Shown piece after piece: positions 25,595-38,262 of a DNA stretch of 64,000 nucleotides. The stretch is taken from NCBI RefSeq assembly GCF_018350175.1, contig NC_058368.1:83888001-83952000 (forward strand). Direction: 5' to 3'. The DNA comes from Felis catus. Taxonomy: Eukaryota. Numbering within the stretch: position 1 is the stretch's first letter; the number at the start of each line of letters is the position of its first letter. The position numbers and the translations under genes were made by a program. The notes beneath the pieces are model-generated. The model saw only the letters and a program-made list of their open reading frames with translations. It did not search any database and was not told the DNA's origin.

Positions 25595-26485
25595 ATGACC
25601 AAGCGGAAGAATTCCCCTCAGAAGAATCTCCAGGAAATAACAACAGCTAATGAGCTGATCAAAAAGGATTTAAATAATATAACAGAAAGTGAATTTAGAA
25701 TAATAGTCATAAAATTAATCGCTGGGCTTGAAAACAGTATACAGGACAGCAGAGAATCTCTTGCTACAGAGATCAAGGGACTAAGGAACAGTCACGAGGA
25801 GCTGAAAAACGCTTTAAATGAAATGCATAACAAAATGGAAACCACCACAGCTCGGCTTGAAGAGGCAGAGGAGAGAATAGGTGAACTAGAGGATAAAGTT
25901 ATGGAAAAAGAGGAAGCTGAGAAAAAGAGATAAAAAAATCCAGGAGTATGAGGGGAAAATTAGAGAACTAAGTGATACACTAAAAAGAAATAATATACGC
26001 ATAATTGGTATTCCAGAGGAGGAAGAGAGAGGGAAAGGTGCTGAAGGGGTACTTGAAGAAATAATAGCTGAGAACTTCCCTGAACTGGGGAAGGAAAAAG
26101 GCATTGAAATCCAAGAGGCACAGAGAACTCCCTTCAGACATAACTTGAATCGATCTTCTGCATGACATATCATAGTGAAACTGGCAAAATACAAGGATAA
26201 AGAGAAAATTCTGAAAGCAGCAAGGGGTAAACGTGCCCTCACATATAAAGGGAGACCTATAAGACTCGTGACTGATCTCTCTTTTGAAACTTGGCAGGCC
26301 AGAAAAATTGGCACGAGATTTTCAGGGTGCTAGACAGAAAAAATATGCAGCCGAGAATCCTTTACCCAGCAAGTCTGTCATTTAGAATAGAAGGAGAGAT
26401 AAAGGTTTTCCCAAACAAACAAAAACTGAAGGAATTTGTCACCACTAAACCAGCCCTACAAGAGATCCTAAGGGGGACCCTGTGA
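25595..26485 (+). pseudogene. L1 copy B ORF1p, frameshifted
   Basis: ORF 25595-25933 stops early at EKKR* (short deletion in an AG run); C-terminus PALQEILRGTL* at 26485. Confidence 0.92.
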
Positions 26486-26535
26486 GACAAAGTCCCAGAG
26501 ACATCACTACAAGCATAAAACATACAGACATCACA

Positions 26536-29500
26536 ATGACTCTCAACCCGTATCTTTCTATAATAACACTGAATGTAAATGGATTAAATGCACCAACCAA
26601 AAGACATAGGGTATCAGAATGGATAAAAAACAAGACCGATCTATTTGCTGTCTACAAGAGACTCATTTTAGACCTGAGGACACGTTTAGATTGAGAGTGA
26701 GGGGATGGAGAACTATTTATCATGCGACTGGAAGCCAAAAGAAAGCTGGAGTAGCCATACTTATATCAGACAAACTAGACTTTAAATTAAAGGCTGTAAC
26801 AAGAGATGAAGAAGGACATTATATAATAGTTACAGGGTCTATCCATCAGGAAGAGCTAACAATTATAAATGTCTATGCGCCGAATACCGGAGCCCCCAAA
26901 TATATAAAACAATTACTCATAAACATAAGCAACCATATTGATAAGAATGTGGTAATTGCAGGGGACTTTAACACCCCACTTACATAAATGGACAGATCAT
27001 CTAGACACACGGTCAATAAAGAAATAAGGGCCCTGAATGAGACATTGGATCAGATGGACTTGACAGATATATTTAGAACGCTGCATCCCAAAGCAACAGA
27101 ATATACTTTCTTCTCGAGTGCACATGGAACATTCTCCAAGATAGATCATATACTGGGTCACAAAACAGCCCTTCATAAGTTTACAAGAATTGAAATTGTA
27201 CCATGCATACTTTCAGACCACAATGCTATGAAGCTTGAAATCAACCACAGGAAAAAGTCTGGAAAACCTCCAAAGGCATGGAGGTTAAAGAACACCCTAC
27301 TAACGAATGAGTGGGTCAACCAGGCAATTAGAGAAGAAATTAAAAAATATATGGAAACAAACGAAAATGAAAATACAACAATCCAAACGCTTTGGGACGC
27401 AGCGAAGGCAGTCCTGAGAGGAAAATACATTGCAATCCAGGCCTATCTCAAGAAACAAGAAAAATCCCAAATACAAAATCTAACAGCACACCTAAAGGAA
27501 CTAGAAGCAGAACAGCAAAGGCAGCCTAAACCCAGCAGAAGAAGAGAAATAATAAAGATCAGAGCAGAAATAAACAATATAGAATCTAAAAAAACTGTAG
27601 AGCAGATCAACGAAACCAAGAGTTGGTTTTTTGAAAAAATAAACAAAATTGACAAACTTCTAGCCAGGCTTCTCAAAAAGAAAAGGGAAATGATCCAAAT
27701 AGATAAAATCATGAATGAAAATGGAATTATTACAACCAATCCCTCAGAGATACAAACAATTATCAGGGAATACTATGAAAAATTATATGCCAACAAATTG
27801 GACAACCTGGAAGAAATGGACAAATTCCTGAACACCCACACTCTTCCAAAACTCAATCAGGAGGAAATAGAAAGCTTGAACAGACCCATAACCAGCAAAG
27901 AAATTGAACCGGTTATCAAAAAGCTCCCAACAAATAAGAGTCCAGGACCAGATGGCTTCCCAGGGGAGTTCTACCAGACGTTTAAAGCAGAGATAATACC
28001 TATCCTTCTCAAGCTATTCCAAGAAATAGAAAGGGAAGGAAAACTTCCAGACTCATTCTATGAAGCCAGTATTACTTTGATTCCTAAACCAGACAGAGAC
28101 CCAGTGAAAAAAGGAGAACTACAGGCCAATATCCCTGATGAATATGGATGCAAAAATTCTCAATAAGATACTAGCAAATCGAATTCAACGGCATATAAAA
28201 AGAATTATTCACCATGATCAAGTGGGATTCATTCCTGGGATGCAGGGCTGGTTCAACATTCGCAAATCAATCAATGTGATACATCACATTAACAAAAAAA
28301 AAGAGAAGAACCATATGATCCTGTCAATCGATGCAGAAAAGGCCTTTGACAAAGTCCAGCACCCTTTCTTAATAAAAACCCTTGAGAAAGTCGGGATTGA
28401 AGGAACATACTTAAAGATCATAAAAGCCATTTATGAAAAGCCCACAGCTAACATCATCCTCAATGGGGAAAAACTGAGAGCTTTTTCCCTGAGATCAGGA
28501 ACACGACAAGGATGCCCACTCTCACCGCTGCTGTTTAACATAGTGCTGGAAGTTCTAGCATCAGCAATCAGACAACAAAAGGAAATCAAAGGCATCAAAA
28601 TTGGCAAAGACGAAGTCAAGCTTTCGCTTTTTGCAGATGACATGATATTATACATGGAAAATCCGATAGACTCCACCAAAAGTCTACTAGAACTGATACA
28701 GGAATTCAGCAAAGTTGCAGGATACAAAATCAATGTACAGAAATCAGTTGCATTCTTATACACTAACAATGAAGCAACAGAAAGACAAAGAAACTGATCC
28801 CATTCACAATTGCACCAAGAAGCATAAAATACCTAGGAATAAATCTAACCAAAGATGTAAAAGATCTGTATGCTGAAAACTATAGAAAGCTTATGAAGGA
28901 AATTGAAGAAGATTTAAAGAAATGGAAAGACATTCCCTGCTCATGGATTGGAAAAATAAATATTGTCAAAATGTCAATACTACCCAAAGCTATCTACACA
29001 TTCAATGCAATCCCAATCAAAATTGCACCAGCATTCTTCTCGAAACTAGAACAAGCAATCCTAAAATTCATATGGAACCACAAAAGGCCCCGAATAGCCA
29101 AAGGAATTTTGAAGAAGAAGACCAAAGCAGGAGGCATCACAAGCCCAGACTTTAGCCTCTACTACAAAGCTGTCATCATCAAGACAGCATGGTATTGGCA
29201 CAGAAACAGACACATAGACCAATGGAATAGAATAGAAACCCCAGAACTAGACCCACAAACGTATGGCCAACTCATCTTTGACAAAGCAGGAAAGAACATC
29301 CAATGGAAAAAAGACAGTCTCTTTAACAAATGGTGCTGGGAGAACTGGACAGCAACATGCAGAAGGTTGAAACTAGACCACTTTCTCACACCATTCACAA
29401 AAATAAACTCAAAATGGATAAAGGACCTAAATGTGAGATAGGAAACCATCAAAACCTTAGAGGAGAAAGCAGGAAAAGACCTCTCTGACCTCAGCCGTAG

Positions 29501-30356
29501 CAATCTCTTACTCGACACATCCCCAAAGGCAAGGGAATTAAAAGCAAAAGTGAATTACTGGGACCTTATGAAGATAAAAAGCTTCTGCACAGCAAAGGAA
29601 ACAACCAACAAAACTAAAAGGCAACCAACGGAATGGGAAAAGATATTCGCAAATGACATATCGGACAAAGGGCTAGTATCCAAAATCTATAAAGAGCTCA
29701 CCAAACTCCACACCCGAAAAACAAATAACCCAGTGAAGAAATGGGCAGAAAACATGAATAGACACTTCTCTAAAGAAGACATCCGGATGGCCAACAGGCA
29801 CATGAAAAAATGTTCAGCGTCGCTCCTTATCAGGGAAATACAAATCAAAACCACACTCAGGTATCACCTCACACCAGTCAGAGTGGCCAAAATGAACAAA
29901 TCAGGAGACTATAGATGCTGGAGAGGATGTGGAGAAACGGGAACCCTCTTGCACTGTTGGTGGGAATGCAAATTGGTGCAGCCGCTCTGGAAAGCAGTGT
30001 GGAGGTTCCTCAGAAAATTAAAAATAGACCTATCCTATGACCCAGCAATAGCACTGCTAGGAGTTTATCCAAGGGATACAGGAGTACTGATGCATAGGGC
30101 CACTTGTACCCCAATGTTCATAGCAGCACTCTCAACAATAGCCAAATTATGGAAAGAGCCTAAATGTCCATCAACTGATGAATGGATAAAGAAATTGTGG
30201 TTTATATACACAATGGAATATTACGTGGCAATGAGAAAAAATGAAATATGGCCTTTTGTAGCAACGTGGATGGAACTGGAGAGTGTGATGCTAAGTGAAA
30301 TAAGCCATACAGAGAAAGACAGATACCATATGGTTTCACTCTTATGTGGACCCTGA
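26536..30356 (+). pseudogene. L1 copy B ORF2p (EN-RT-Cys-rich), near-intact but with about five lesions
   Basis: Frameshifts near 26630, 28110 and 28790; stops at 26985 and 29439; motifs [36 protein letters not shown]. Confidence 0.95.
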
Positions 30357-31078
30357 GAAATTAACAGGAACCCATGGGGGAGGGGAAGGAAAAAAAAAAC
30401 AGGTTAGAGTGGGAGAGAGCCAAAGCATAAGAGACTGTTAAAAACTGAGAACAAACTGAGGGTTGATGGGGGGTGGGAGGGAGGAGAGGGTGGGTGATGG
30501 GTATTGAGGAGGGCACCTTTTGGGATGAGCACTGGGTGTTGTATGGAAACTAATTTGTCAATAAATTTCATATAAAAAAAATAAATAAAACGAAAATGTT
30601 AAAAAAAAATTGTGGTTTATATGCACAATGGAGTACTACATGGCAATGAGAAAGAACGAAACATGGCCTTTTGTAGCAACGTGGATGGAACTGGAGAGTG
30701 TGATGCTAAGTGAAATAAGTCATACAGAGAAAGACAGATACCATATGGTTTCACTCTTATGTGGATCCTGAGAAACGTAACAGAAACCCATGGAGGAGGG
30801 GAAGGAAAAAAAAAAGGTCAGAGTAGGAGAGAGCCAAAGCATAAGAGACTCTTAAAAACTGAGAACTGACGGTTGATGGGGGGTGGGAGGGTGCGAGGGT
30901 GGGTGATGGGTATTGAGGAGGGTACCTTTTGGGATGAGCACTGGGTGTTGTATGGAAACCAATTTGACAATAAATTTCATATATTGAAAAAAAAAAGAAA
31001 ACCCTAAAGACTGCCCCCGCAAAAAAAAAAAAAAAAAGTGGTAGAAGTGATAAAGGAATCAGCAAAATTGCATGACAC

Positions 31079-31286
31079 GAAACGCACCTGAGTGGCTCAG
31101 TCGGTTAAGCATCAGACTTGATTTTGGCTCATGTCAAGATCACGGTTTTGTGGATTTGAGCCTTGCATTGGACTCTGTGCTGGCAGCGCAAAACCTACTT
31201 GGAATGATCTCTCTCTCCCTCTGCCCCTCCCCCACTTGCATTGTCTCTGGCTCCCTCAAAATAAGTAAATAAACTTTTTTAAAAAG
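31079..31286 (+). mobile_element. Can-SINE with TSD
   Basis: TSD ttgcatgacac at 31068-31078 and 31287-31297; head cgcacctgagtggctcagtcggttaagc. Confidence 0.9.
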
Positions 31287-32790
31287 TTGCATGACACAAA
31301 ATCAAAGTACAGATTACTGTTGTATTTCTAAACACCAATAATAAAGCAACAGAAAGAAAAATTAAGGAATCAATGCTATTCATAATTGCACCCAAGCAAT
31401 ACAGTAACTAGGAATAAGCCTAGCCACAGTTTTGAAAGACCTTTACTCTGAAAACTTATAAAACAATTATGAAAGAAATTGAAGAAGCCAGTAAGAAATG
31501 CAAAAGAATTCCATGTTCATGGATTGGAAGAATAAGCATTGTTAAAATGTCTATACTACCCAAAGTAATCTACACATTAAATGTAATCCCCATCAAAATA
31601 AAAACAGCATTTTTAACATAGATAGAACAAAGTATCCTAAAATTTGTATAGCATCACAAAAGACTCCAAGTAGCCAAAGCAAAGCTGAAAATGAAAAACA
31701 AAACAAACAAACAAACAAAAAAAGACGAAAACAAAAACAAAAGAAAACAAAGTTGGAGGCATCACGATTCCAGATTTCAAGCTATATTATAAAGCTGTAA
31801 TCATCAAGATAATATGGTACTGGGAGAAAAACAGACACATCAATCAATAGAAGAGAATAGAAAACCCAGAAATGGACTCACAACCATATAATCCACTAAT
31901 ATTTGAAAAAAAACAGGAAAAATATCCAATGGAACAAAGAGAGTTCCTTTAACCAATTGGTCTTGGAAAACTGGACGGCAATAAGAAAAAGCATAAAACT
32001 GGAGTACTTTCTTACACCACACACAAAGTAAATTCAAATGGATAGACAACCCAAGTAGGAGACATAAAATTATAAAAATATTAGAAGGAACAAAATCAGT
32101 AGCCTTTTTGACATCAGCCTTAGCAATTTCTATCTAGATATGTCTCCTGAGGCAAAGGAAACAAAAGTAAAAAATTATTGGGACTTCATGAAAATAAAAA
32201 CCTTCTGCACAGCAAAGAAAACAATCAACAAAATAAAACGGAACCTAGGGAATGGGAGAATATGTTTGCAAATGACATATCTGATAAGGATTAGTACCCA
32301 TAATTTATAAAGAACTTCTAAAATTCAACACCCAAAAAGGAAATAATCCGATGTAAATGTGGGCAGAAGACATGAACAGACATTTCTCCAAAGAAGACAT
32401 TCACATTTACCACAGACATGAAAAGATGCTTAACTTCACTCATCATCAGGGAAACACATATCAAAACTATAATGAGATGTCACCTCACCCCAGTTAGAAT
32501 GGCTAAAATCAACAACACAAGAAACAACAGGTGTTGGTGAGAATGTGGAGAAAGGGGAAACTTCTTTCACTGCAGTGGGAATTCAAATTGGTGTTGACAC
32601 TGCAGAAAATAGTAATGAGATTTCAAAAAAACTTAAAAATAGAACTACCTTACAATCCAGGAATTGCACAAGTAAGTATTAATGCAAAGAGTACAAAAAT
32701 GGGATACTTGTCCCTATTACATTAACAATAATAGACAAATTATGGAAACAACCTAAGTGTACATTGACTCATGAATGGACAAAAAAGAGA

Positions 32791-32791
<1 letters not shown>

Positions 32792-32830
<39 letters not shown>
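32792..32830. repeat. (GT)n microsatellite
   Basis: Pure gt run at a deletion junction in the L1 3' region. Confidence 0.95.
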
Positions 32831-32832
<2 letters not shown>

Positions 32833-35031
32833 CTGATGGCTATCAGAAGATTAGAGGGATGGGAGGGAAGATGGAGGAGGATAGAGGGATGGGTTAAATA
32901 GGTGATGGGAATTAAGAAGTGCACTTGTGATCAGGACTAGGTTTGCTATTGAATTCCTGAATCAGAATATTGTACACCTGAAACTTACATTACACTCAAT
33001 GTTAACTGAAATTTAAATCAAAACTTACAATCAAAACTTACAAATTACTGACGAGGATAAGTAAAAACTTGACTTTTTTTGGAGAAAAAAAAGTCAAAGG
33101 GGTCAGGATGAGTCATCTGCGGGCTAGAGGACAAAGAATGCTCCAGTCTTCAAGTGTTGGCTTTACAAATGAAAGTCATGGTCTGTAGAAAGGATGTCAT
33201 GGATAAAGGATGGCATGAGAAAATGATCAATGTAATTCCAGAACATATATACAGAAAAGGGTTCAGAAGAATGTTGTTACCTTGTTCTTGGTTTACCTGA
33301 ACTTCCTGGTACATACTATGCACCCCATAAAATTTATAGTTTGAAAGCAAAAATTGACTTTTAAATCATGATCTGGATGTACATTATAGTTGATTTTTAA
33401 ATTGTTTAAATACTATTTTTTGTATTATTGAAATATAATTGACATACAATGTTATATTAATTTTAGGTGCACAATATATTGATTAAATTTTCTTGTTAAT
33501 GGTTTGTGTTTTTATATTTTCTATTATTAGCATATCAACATTTAAATCACAATTATCCTAACATGCAATATTAAGACAACATTGATTACAATGGAGTGAC
33601 AAAAGAAAGAGTACAATCAGTAATCTAATGAAAAGTGACTGAGATGAAGATGTGTAAAGGATACCCCTTCAATTTTATTCTCAACCACAGTAGGGATTAG
33701 TGGTGCTTCGATACACCAATTAGTCTAAGAGTTGCAGATGCAACTCTCTTATATTTCAGGTAAGAAAAAGATAAGAGAACTATATCAATACCTCACACAA
33801 TAATTTTTTTTTGAAAATTAAATTAAGGTAAGATATACACATATGTAAGAAAAATATTTTACAACGTGAAAAGGGCTATGACCACATATATGCTGACATC
33901 TATTTCACAGATAAGATTTTATTGGTGATAGATAAACTTGAGATTACTGTTAACATTGGTTAAGACTTGAAAAAGACATGAGGAAAGAACCAGAACAGTG
34001 CAACAGAGACGCCTATTACCTTTGTTGTTGTTCATGTTAGGTCTCTTAATTGCATTCTTCTTCAAAGTCCCAGAAGGAATTTTTCAACAACAAACCTCAT
34101 CAACTCCCAGGATGGGCATAGTAAAACCAGGATGATGTCACTCTCCTGTTTATCCTTATACAGTTAACCATGAGCCCACTCCATTACCCATGTAGATAAT
34201 GGTTGCAGCAGTATCTGATGTTGAGTTTGATAATATAGAAAGAACTATAGGAGCAAAGGGTAGTTACTGTTTTTGACTTATTCTCTTTCTGATACAAGCT
34301 ATTCATTCTTGGCCATATCTTCTCAGTTCTTCCTTATCATATATTTTTATAAAGAAAAGAAAATGTGCATTTTTAAAATTCAAGTATAATTAAAACACAG
34401 TGTTTTATTATTTTCAGTCATACAATATAATGATTCACCAAATCTATATGTTTATACTCTTAATCACCCTTTTTTGATTGATTGTTTACTATAACAATAA
34501 TTTACAGTAAAATATTAGGAAATGGCTTCTTAATTTCTACTTATGTATGGACACAAGAATATGCAAGCCTCCTATATTATTGAATGATGTGTTTGTTTTA
34601 TTGAGGCTGAGATTTTACAGAAGAAATAAGACTCATTTTTCTTTAAGTGTGGACTATTTCTGGTAGTTAGAAAACTGAAACATTGTCTCAATTATACTCA
34701 CGTTTCTTACATGAAAATGACAGTGGGTGATTATAACTAAATTGTAGACTGTGGAGGGAAGATGATATTCTAGAGACCTAAAGCAGCTTTATAGGCTCAG
34801 GATTCTATCACCTGACTTGAGATTGAGACACAAATCTTCCCTCAGGTGAATTGTGTGATGCTAGGCAGATACCTGCAATCTGAATTATTTAATTTGCAAA
34901 AGGAAAAAAATTAAGTTTATTAAGTACTTCATTGACTTTTGGGGAAGGCAATATATAGAATGATATAGAACAATAGAATAATTTCTGGTATGCCATCACC
35001 TAAATATTTGATATTCTACCACCACTATTAA

Positions 35032-35153
35032 AAAAATAGAAAGAAAGGGATATTTTGAAGATATTTTTAAGTACACACTATGCCCAGCATGTGGTTCAAA
35101 CTCATGACCGCAAGATAAAGAGACACGTCTACCACTGAGCCATCCTGGTGTCC
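35032..35153 (-). mobile_element. Short tRNA-derived SINE (short Can-SINE type) with 16-bp TSD
   Basis: TSD ctaccaccactattaa at 35016-35031 and 35154-35169; reverse strand reads ggacaccaggatggctcagtggtaga...gtcatgagtttgaacc. Confidence 0.8.
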
Positions 35154-35776
35154 CTACCACCACTATTAATAATTCCCCAATTTAAATATGAACTTTTCTG
35201 TTTACATTCAACTCAAGCAATTGGATAGAGAAAAGTAAGAATGAACAGGGAGGCCAGTTGCTTTGCAAGGTACAGACAGCATTCCATTGTCTGTCTGGTG
35301 TGCCAGGTAGGCTGTTCAGTGTAGCTTGATCATAGTGATTCCAATTTACCAAAGTGCAACAGAGATTTGCTTCATTGACCACAAACATTAACTCAGCAGG
35401 TATGTTTTCTTTTATTGGGCTGTTTAAAATTTTTGCACATAGGTCAGCTTTCATCTGCTAGTGGGGGTGAAAAATGACAATAATATTATAGGTTTTAATG
35501 CAATGTGTACCAGATTTGTTGGGTATTTATATTAAGGCATCAAGTATATTTTAAGTGTTGTCTACTAGTTTAGAACCCCAGAAAGTGGGACAGTTAATAA
35601 GTTGAATATCGTAATTGGTCTTTGGAATTATTACAAGAGTATACAATGTTTTGAAACTCAGATTTTATACCTGAAATATCCCTGTATCATAACCATTTCT
35701 AAACCATTCCTGAAGAGAAAAGCCAATGTTTCTTTTCTGTTGTTGTTGGTAAGGACTTTTAAAATTTAACATTTAA

Positions 35777-35986
35777 ATATTTTTAATGTTTTATTTACTT
35801 TTGAGAGAGAGAGTCAGAGTACGAGCAGGGGAGGGGCAGAGAGAGATAGAGACACAAAATCTGAAGAAGGCTCCAGGCTCTAAGCTGTCAGTACAGAGCC
35901 CAACACAGGGCTCAAACTCATGAACCACAGGATCATGACCTGAGTCGAAGTCGGACGTTTAACTGACTAAGCCATCCAGGAGCCCC
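35777..35986 (-). mobile_element. Felid Can-SINE
   Basis: TSD aacatttaa at 35768-35776 and 35987-35995; typical body ggctccaggctctaagctgtcag. Confidence 0.92.
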
Positions 35987-36155
35987 AACATTTAACATGA
36001 CATTACATATCAGTAATTGAAAAGTTGCAAAGGTTTTATGTCTAAAAGAGAAAATGTAAAAGAAGCTGTTACTGATTCTTTTCAGAAAGGACAGATATAT
36101 TTTACTTCAACTGTTCTTTCTTATTCATCTGGAGCAATTTTAGTATTTTACTTTA

Positions 36156-36333
36156 GGGATGCCTGGGTGGCTCAGTCAGTTGAGTGTCTGACTTCAGCTC
36201 AGGTCATGATCTCACGGTTTGTGGGTTCAAGCCCCATGCCGGGCTCTGTGCTGACAGCTGGAGTCTGGAGCCTGCTTTGGATTCTGTGTCTCCCTCTCTG
36301 CTCCTACACACACACACACACACACACACACAC
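36156..36333 (+). mobile_element. Felid Can-SINE ending in (CA)n instead of a poly(A) tail
   Basis: gggatgcctgggtggctcagtcagttgag...tctccctctctgctcct followed by (ac)n. Confidence 0.88.
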
Positions 36334-36479
36334 TACTTTTTCCTGAATACATGGACTATGACAGTCTTCCACCTAATCAATTTATTTATTTTTTGTCTTC
36401 AGAATATAATATAGATGTAGGCTTTGAGTAGCTTATTAGGAGGGGGGAGGGTGTTGAATTGTAGTCAGAGACCAACTCA

Positions 36480-36612
36480 GTGTTCAATTTACCTCTCTAC
36501 ATCTCAGTTTCCATGAAAAATTGGTTGCTATAGACAATAAAGAGGTGATGTTTGTAAAAGCAACTAAAGGTTTGCCTTGTAAATAGCAATGATCTTATAA
36601 ATGCTAGTTCTT
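36480..36612 (+). mobile_element. MIR fragment
   Basis: acctctct..ctcagtttcc...tgtaaaagca...ataaatgctag resembles the MIR core and 3' end. Confidence 0.5.
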
Positions 36613-36778
36613 CTTCCTGAGATTTAGAACAAATGGTAGGAGATTTAAGTAGATGAAGTTAGAGAAGAATATATTAGATAGAACTAAGATAGGATTTTCC
36701 ATAAAGATCTGCTTAACTTGAGTAAAATAATAAATATATACTATATATTTATTATATTTTTGTATCCATATATATTCC

Positions 36779-36821
<43 letters not shown>

Positions 36822-36836
36822 GTGTATATATATATA
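36779..36836. repeat. (TATATG)n / (TA)n simple repeat
   Basis: Directly visible. Confidence 0.9.
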
Positions 36837-37009
36837 GTCAGTGACAACAGAAATTATCAAGTCCAAATTTTTATTTGTATGAATAGATAATAAAACTGTC
36901 AAACTAAAGTAATTCATCTTATATCATAAAACAAAATGGTAACTATCATCTCTTGCACAAATTCTGCATAAAATTACCATAGATATTAACTCTTTAAATT
37001 AATAATATA

Positions 37010-37160
37010 TGCGTTTATTTATCTGTGACTGGTAATGTTCTAAGCACTTTCATTATTTTACATAACTTGATCCTGAACGTAGCCGAAATCTAACATTATT
37101 ATCCTGTGTTTATGTAAAGTAAACAAAGGGTAGAGGATAACCTGGACCCACAGTCACAGT
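37010..37160 (-). mobile_element. MIR fragment
   Basis: gttctaagcacttt...attattatcc...ataacctggacccacagtcacag resembles minus-strand MIR. Confidence 0.5.
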
Positions 37161-37643
37161 CCAGCTTCAAAGTTTGGGCTCCTAAATTAACAGATATAGG
37201 GAGTTGGTCATTGGCAGTGCCTTAATCTGCTCCTGTACATGCATGGATAACTCCTTTAAATCACAGAGCATCATAGCCTGGCCTGATTTTATGGACAATG
37301 ATGGTTCAAACTTTTGGTGTAAATATTCCTCAAATTATCTTTCAGTTACTTTCTAAATCTTTCTTATATGGAGTGCATCTCCCAGAGCTTTTAAGATCCA
37401 TTTGCATCCTTAAACAAGAAATATTGATTCAATTTTGACTTCCATAACAACAACAACAACAAAACTATAAGAAATTTTATTGTATTTTTTTCAGTGATTC
37501 ACTTTTTTGCATTTTTATGCAGCAGTGATTCTGCGAATTTACATACATACTAATACACAACATTATCATCAGGAAATGTCATGACCTTGAACTATGGGAA
37601 CGTTCCTTTAAGTTATCAATATATATATATATATATATATATA

Positions 37644-38262
37644 TTTTATTTGAGTGTACTTCACACACAATGTTACATTTGTTTCAGATATATGACATAG
37701 TATATCAATAAGTTATCTTTTATGCTATGCTCACAAATGGATCTTCTGTCACCATACACTATTAAAATATCATTGACTATATTTCTTATGTAATGTCTTT
37801 CATTCCCTGCAACTTATTCATTCCATAACTGAAAGACTGTATCTTCCATTCCCTGTCACCCATTGTGTCCATTATCCTACAGCTCTCCCCTCTGATAACC
37901 ATCAGTTTCTTCTCTATATTTCTAGGTATCATACTGTTTTATTTTTGTTGCTGTTTATTCATTTGTGTTTTGGATTCCTTATGTGAAAGAAATTATGTAA
38001 TATTTGTCTTTCTCAGTCTGACATATTTCACTTATCATAATACCCTAGTGGATCCATCCATATTGTAAAAAGGGGAAGAATCTCATCCACTATTATAGTA
38101 GCTTACTGTATATATGTATACATATATATGTATATGCATATGTATATTTATACACACACACAAACTATTCCTTTCTTATTCATTCATATATTGATGGACA
38201 CTTAGGTTTTTTTCATTTCTTTGTATTGTAAATAATGCTGAAATAAACACATGGGCACATAT
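37644..38262 (-). mobile_element. Old L1 3' end
   Basis: Minus-strand 3'UTR and ORF2 end (atatttgtctttctcagtctgacatatttcactta; tattgtaaataatgctg). Confidence 0.8.

Larger units (their letters stand above)
24666..30606 (+). mobile_element. Full-length young felid L1 copy B nested in copy A
   Basis: TSD aaattgtggttt at 24654-24665 and 30607-30618; CpG-rich 5'UTR, ORF1, ORF2, G-rich 3'UTR, A tail. Confidence 0.97.
19135..30995 (+). mobile_element. Full-length felid L1 copy A (19135-24665 plus 30619-30995), interrupted by copy B
   Basis: 5' ggggggaagatggc; 16-bp TSD agaaaaccctaaagac at 19119-19134 and 30996-31011; ORF1 ATG 20054, ORF2 ATG 20996; poly(A) near 30987. Confidence 0.96.
15020..33045 (+). 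mobile_element. Outer host L1 (older carnivore subfamily): partial 5'UTR, ORF1 start, internal deletion near 17045, ORF2, 3'UTR; split by five nested insertions
   Basis: Collinear L1 sequence resumes across each insertion, e.g. gaaaaccctaaagac at 19120 continues after 31011; 3'UTR ends ~33040. Confidence 0.88.

Noticed and set aside
25417..25650. 77-codon sense uORF shared by copies A and B
   Set aside because: It starts at GTG, and copy C has an in-frame TAG near 61496; explained by GC richness and recent common ancestry.
30460..30501. G-quadruplex-like tract
   Set aside because: Standard G-rich tract of the L1 3'UTR; known, not novel.
24666..30606. Retrotransposition-competent L1
   Set aside because: ORF1 is frameshifted and ORF2 has two stops and three frameshifts.
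35060..35153. tRNA gene
   Set aside because: Degenerate, flanked by a TSD and lacking an intact cloverleaf; it is a SINE.
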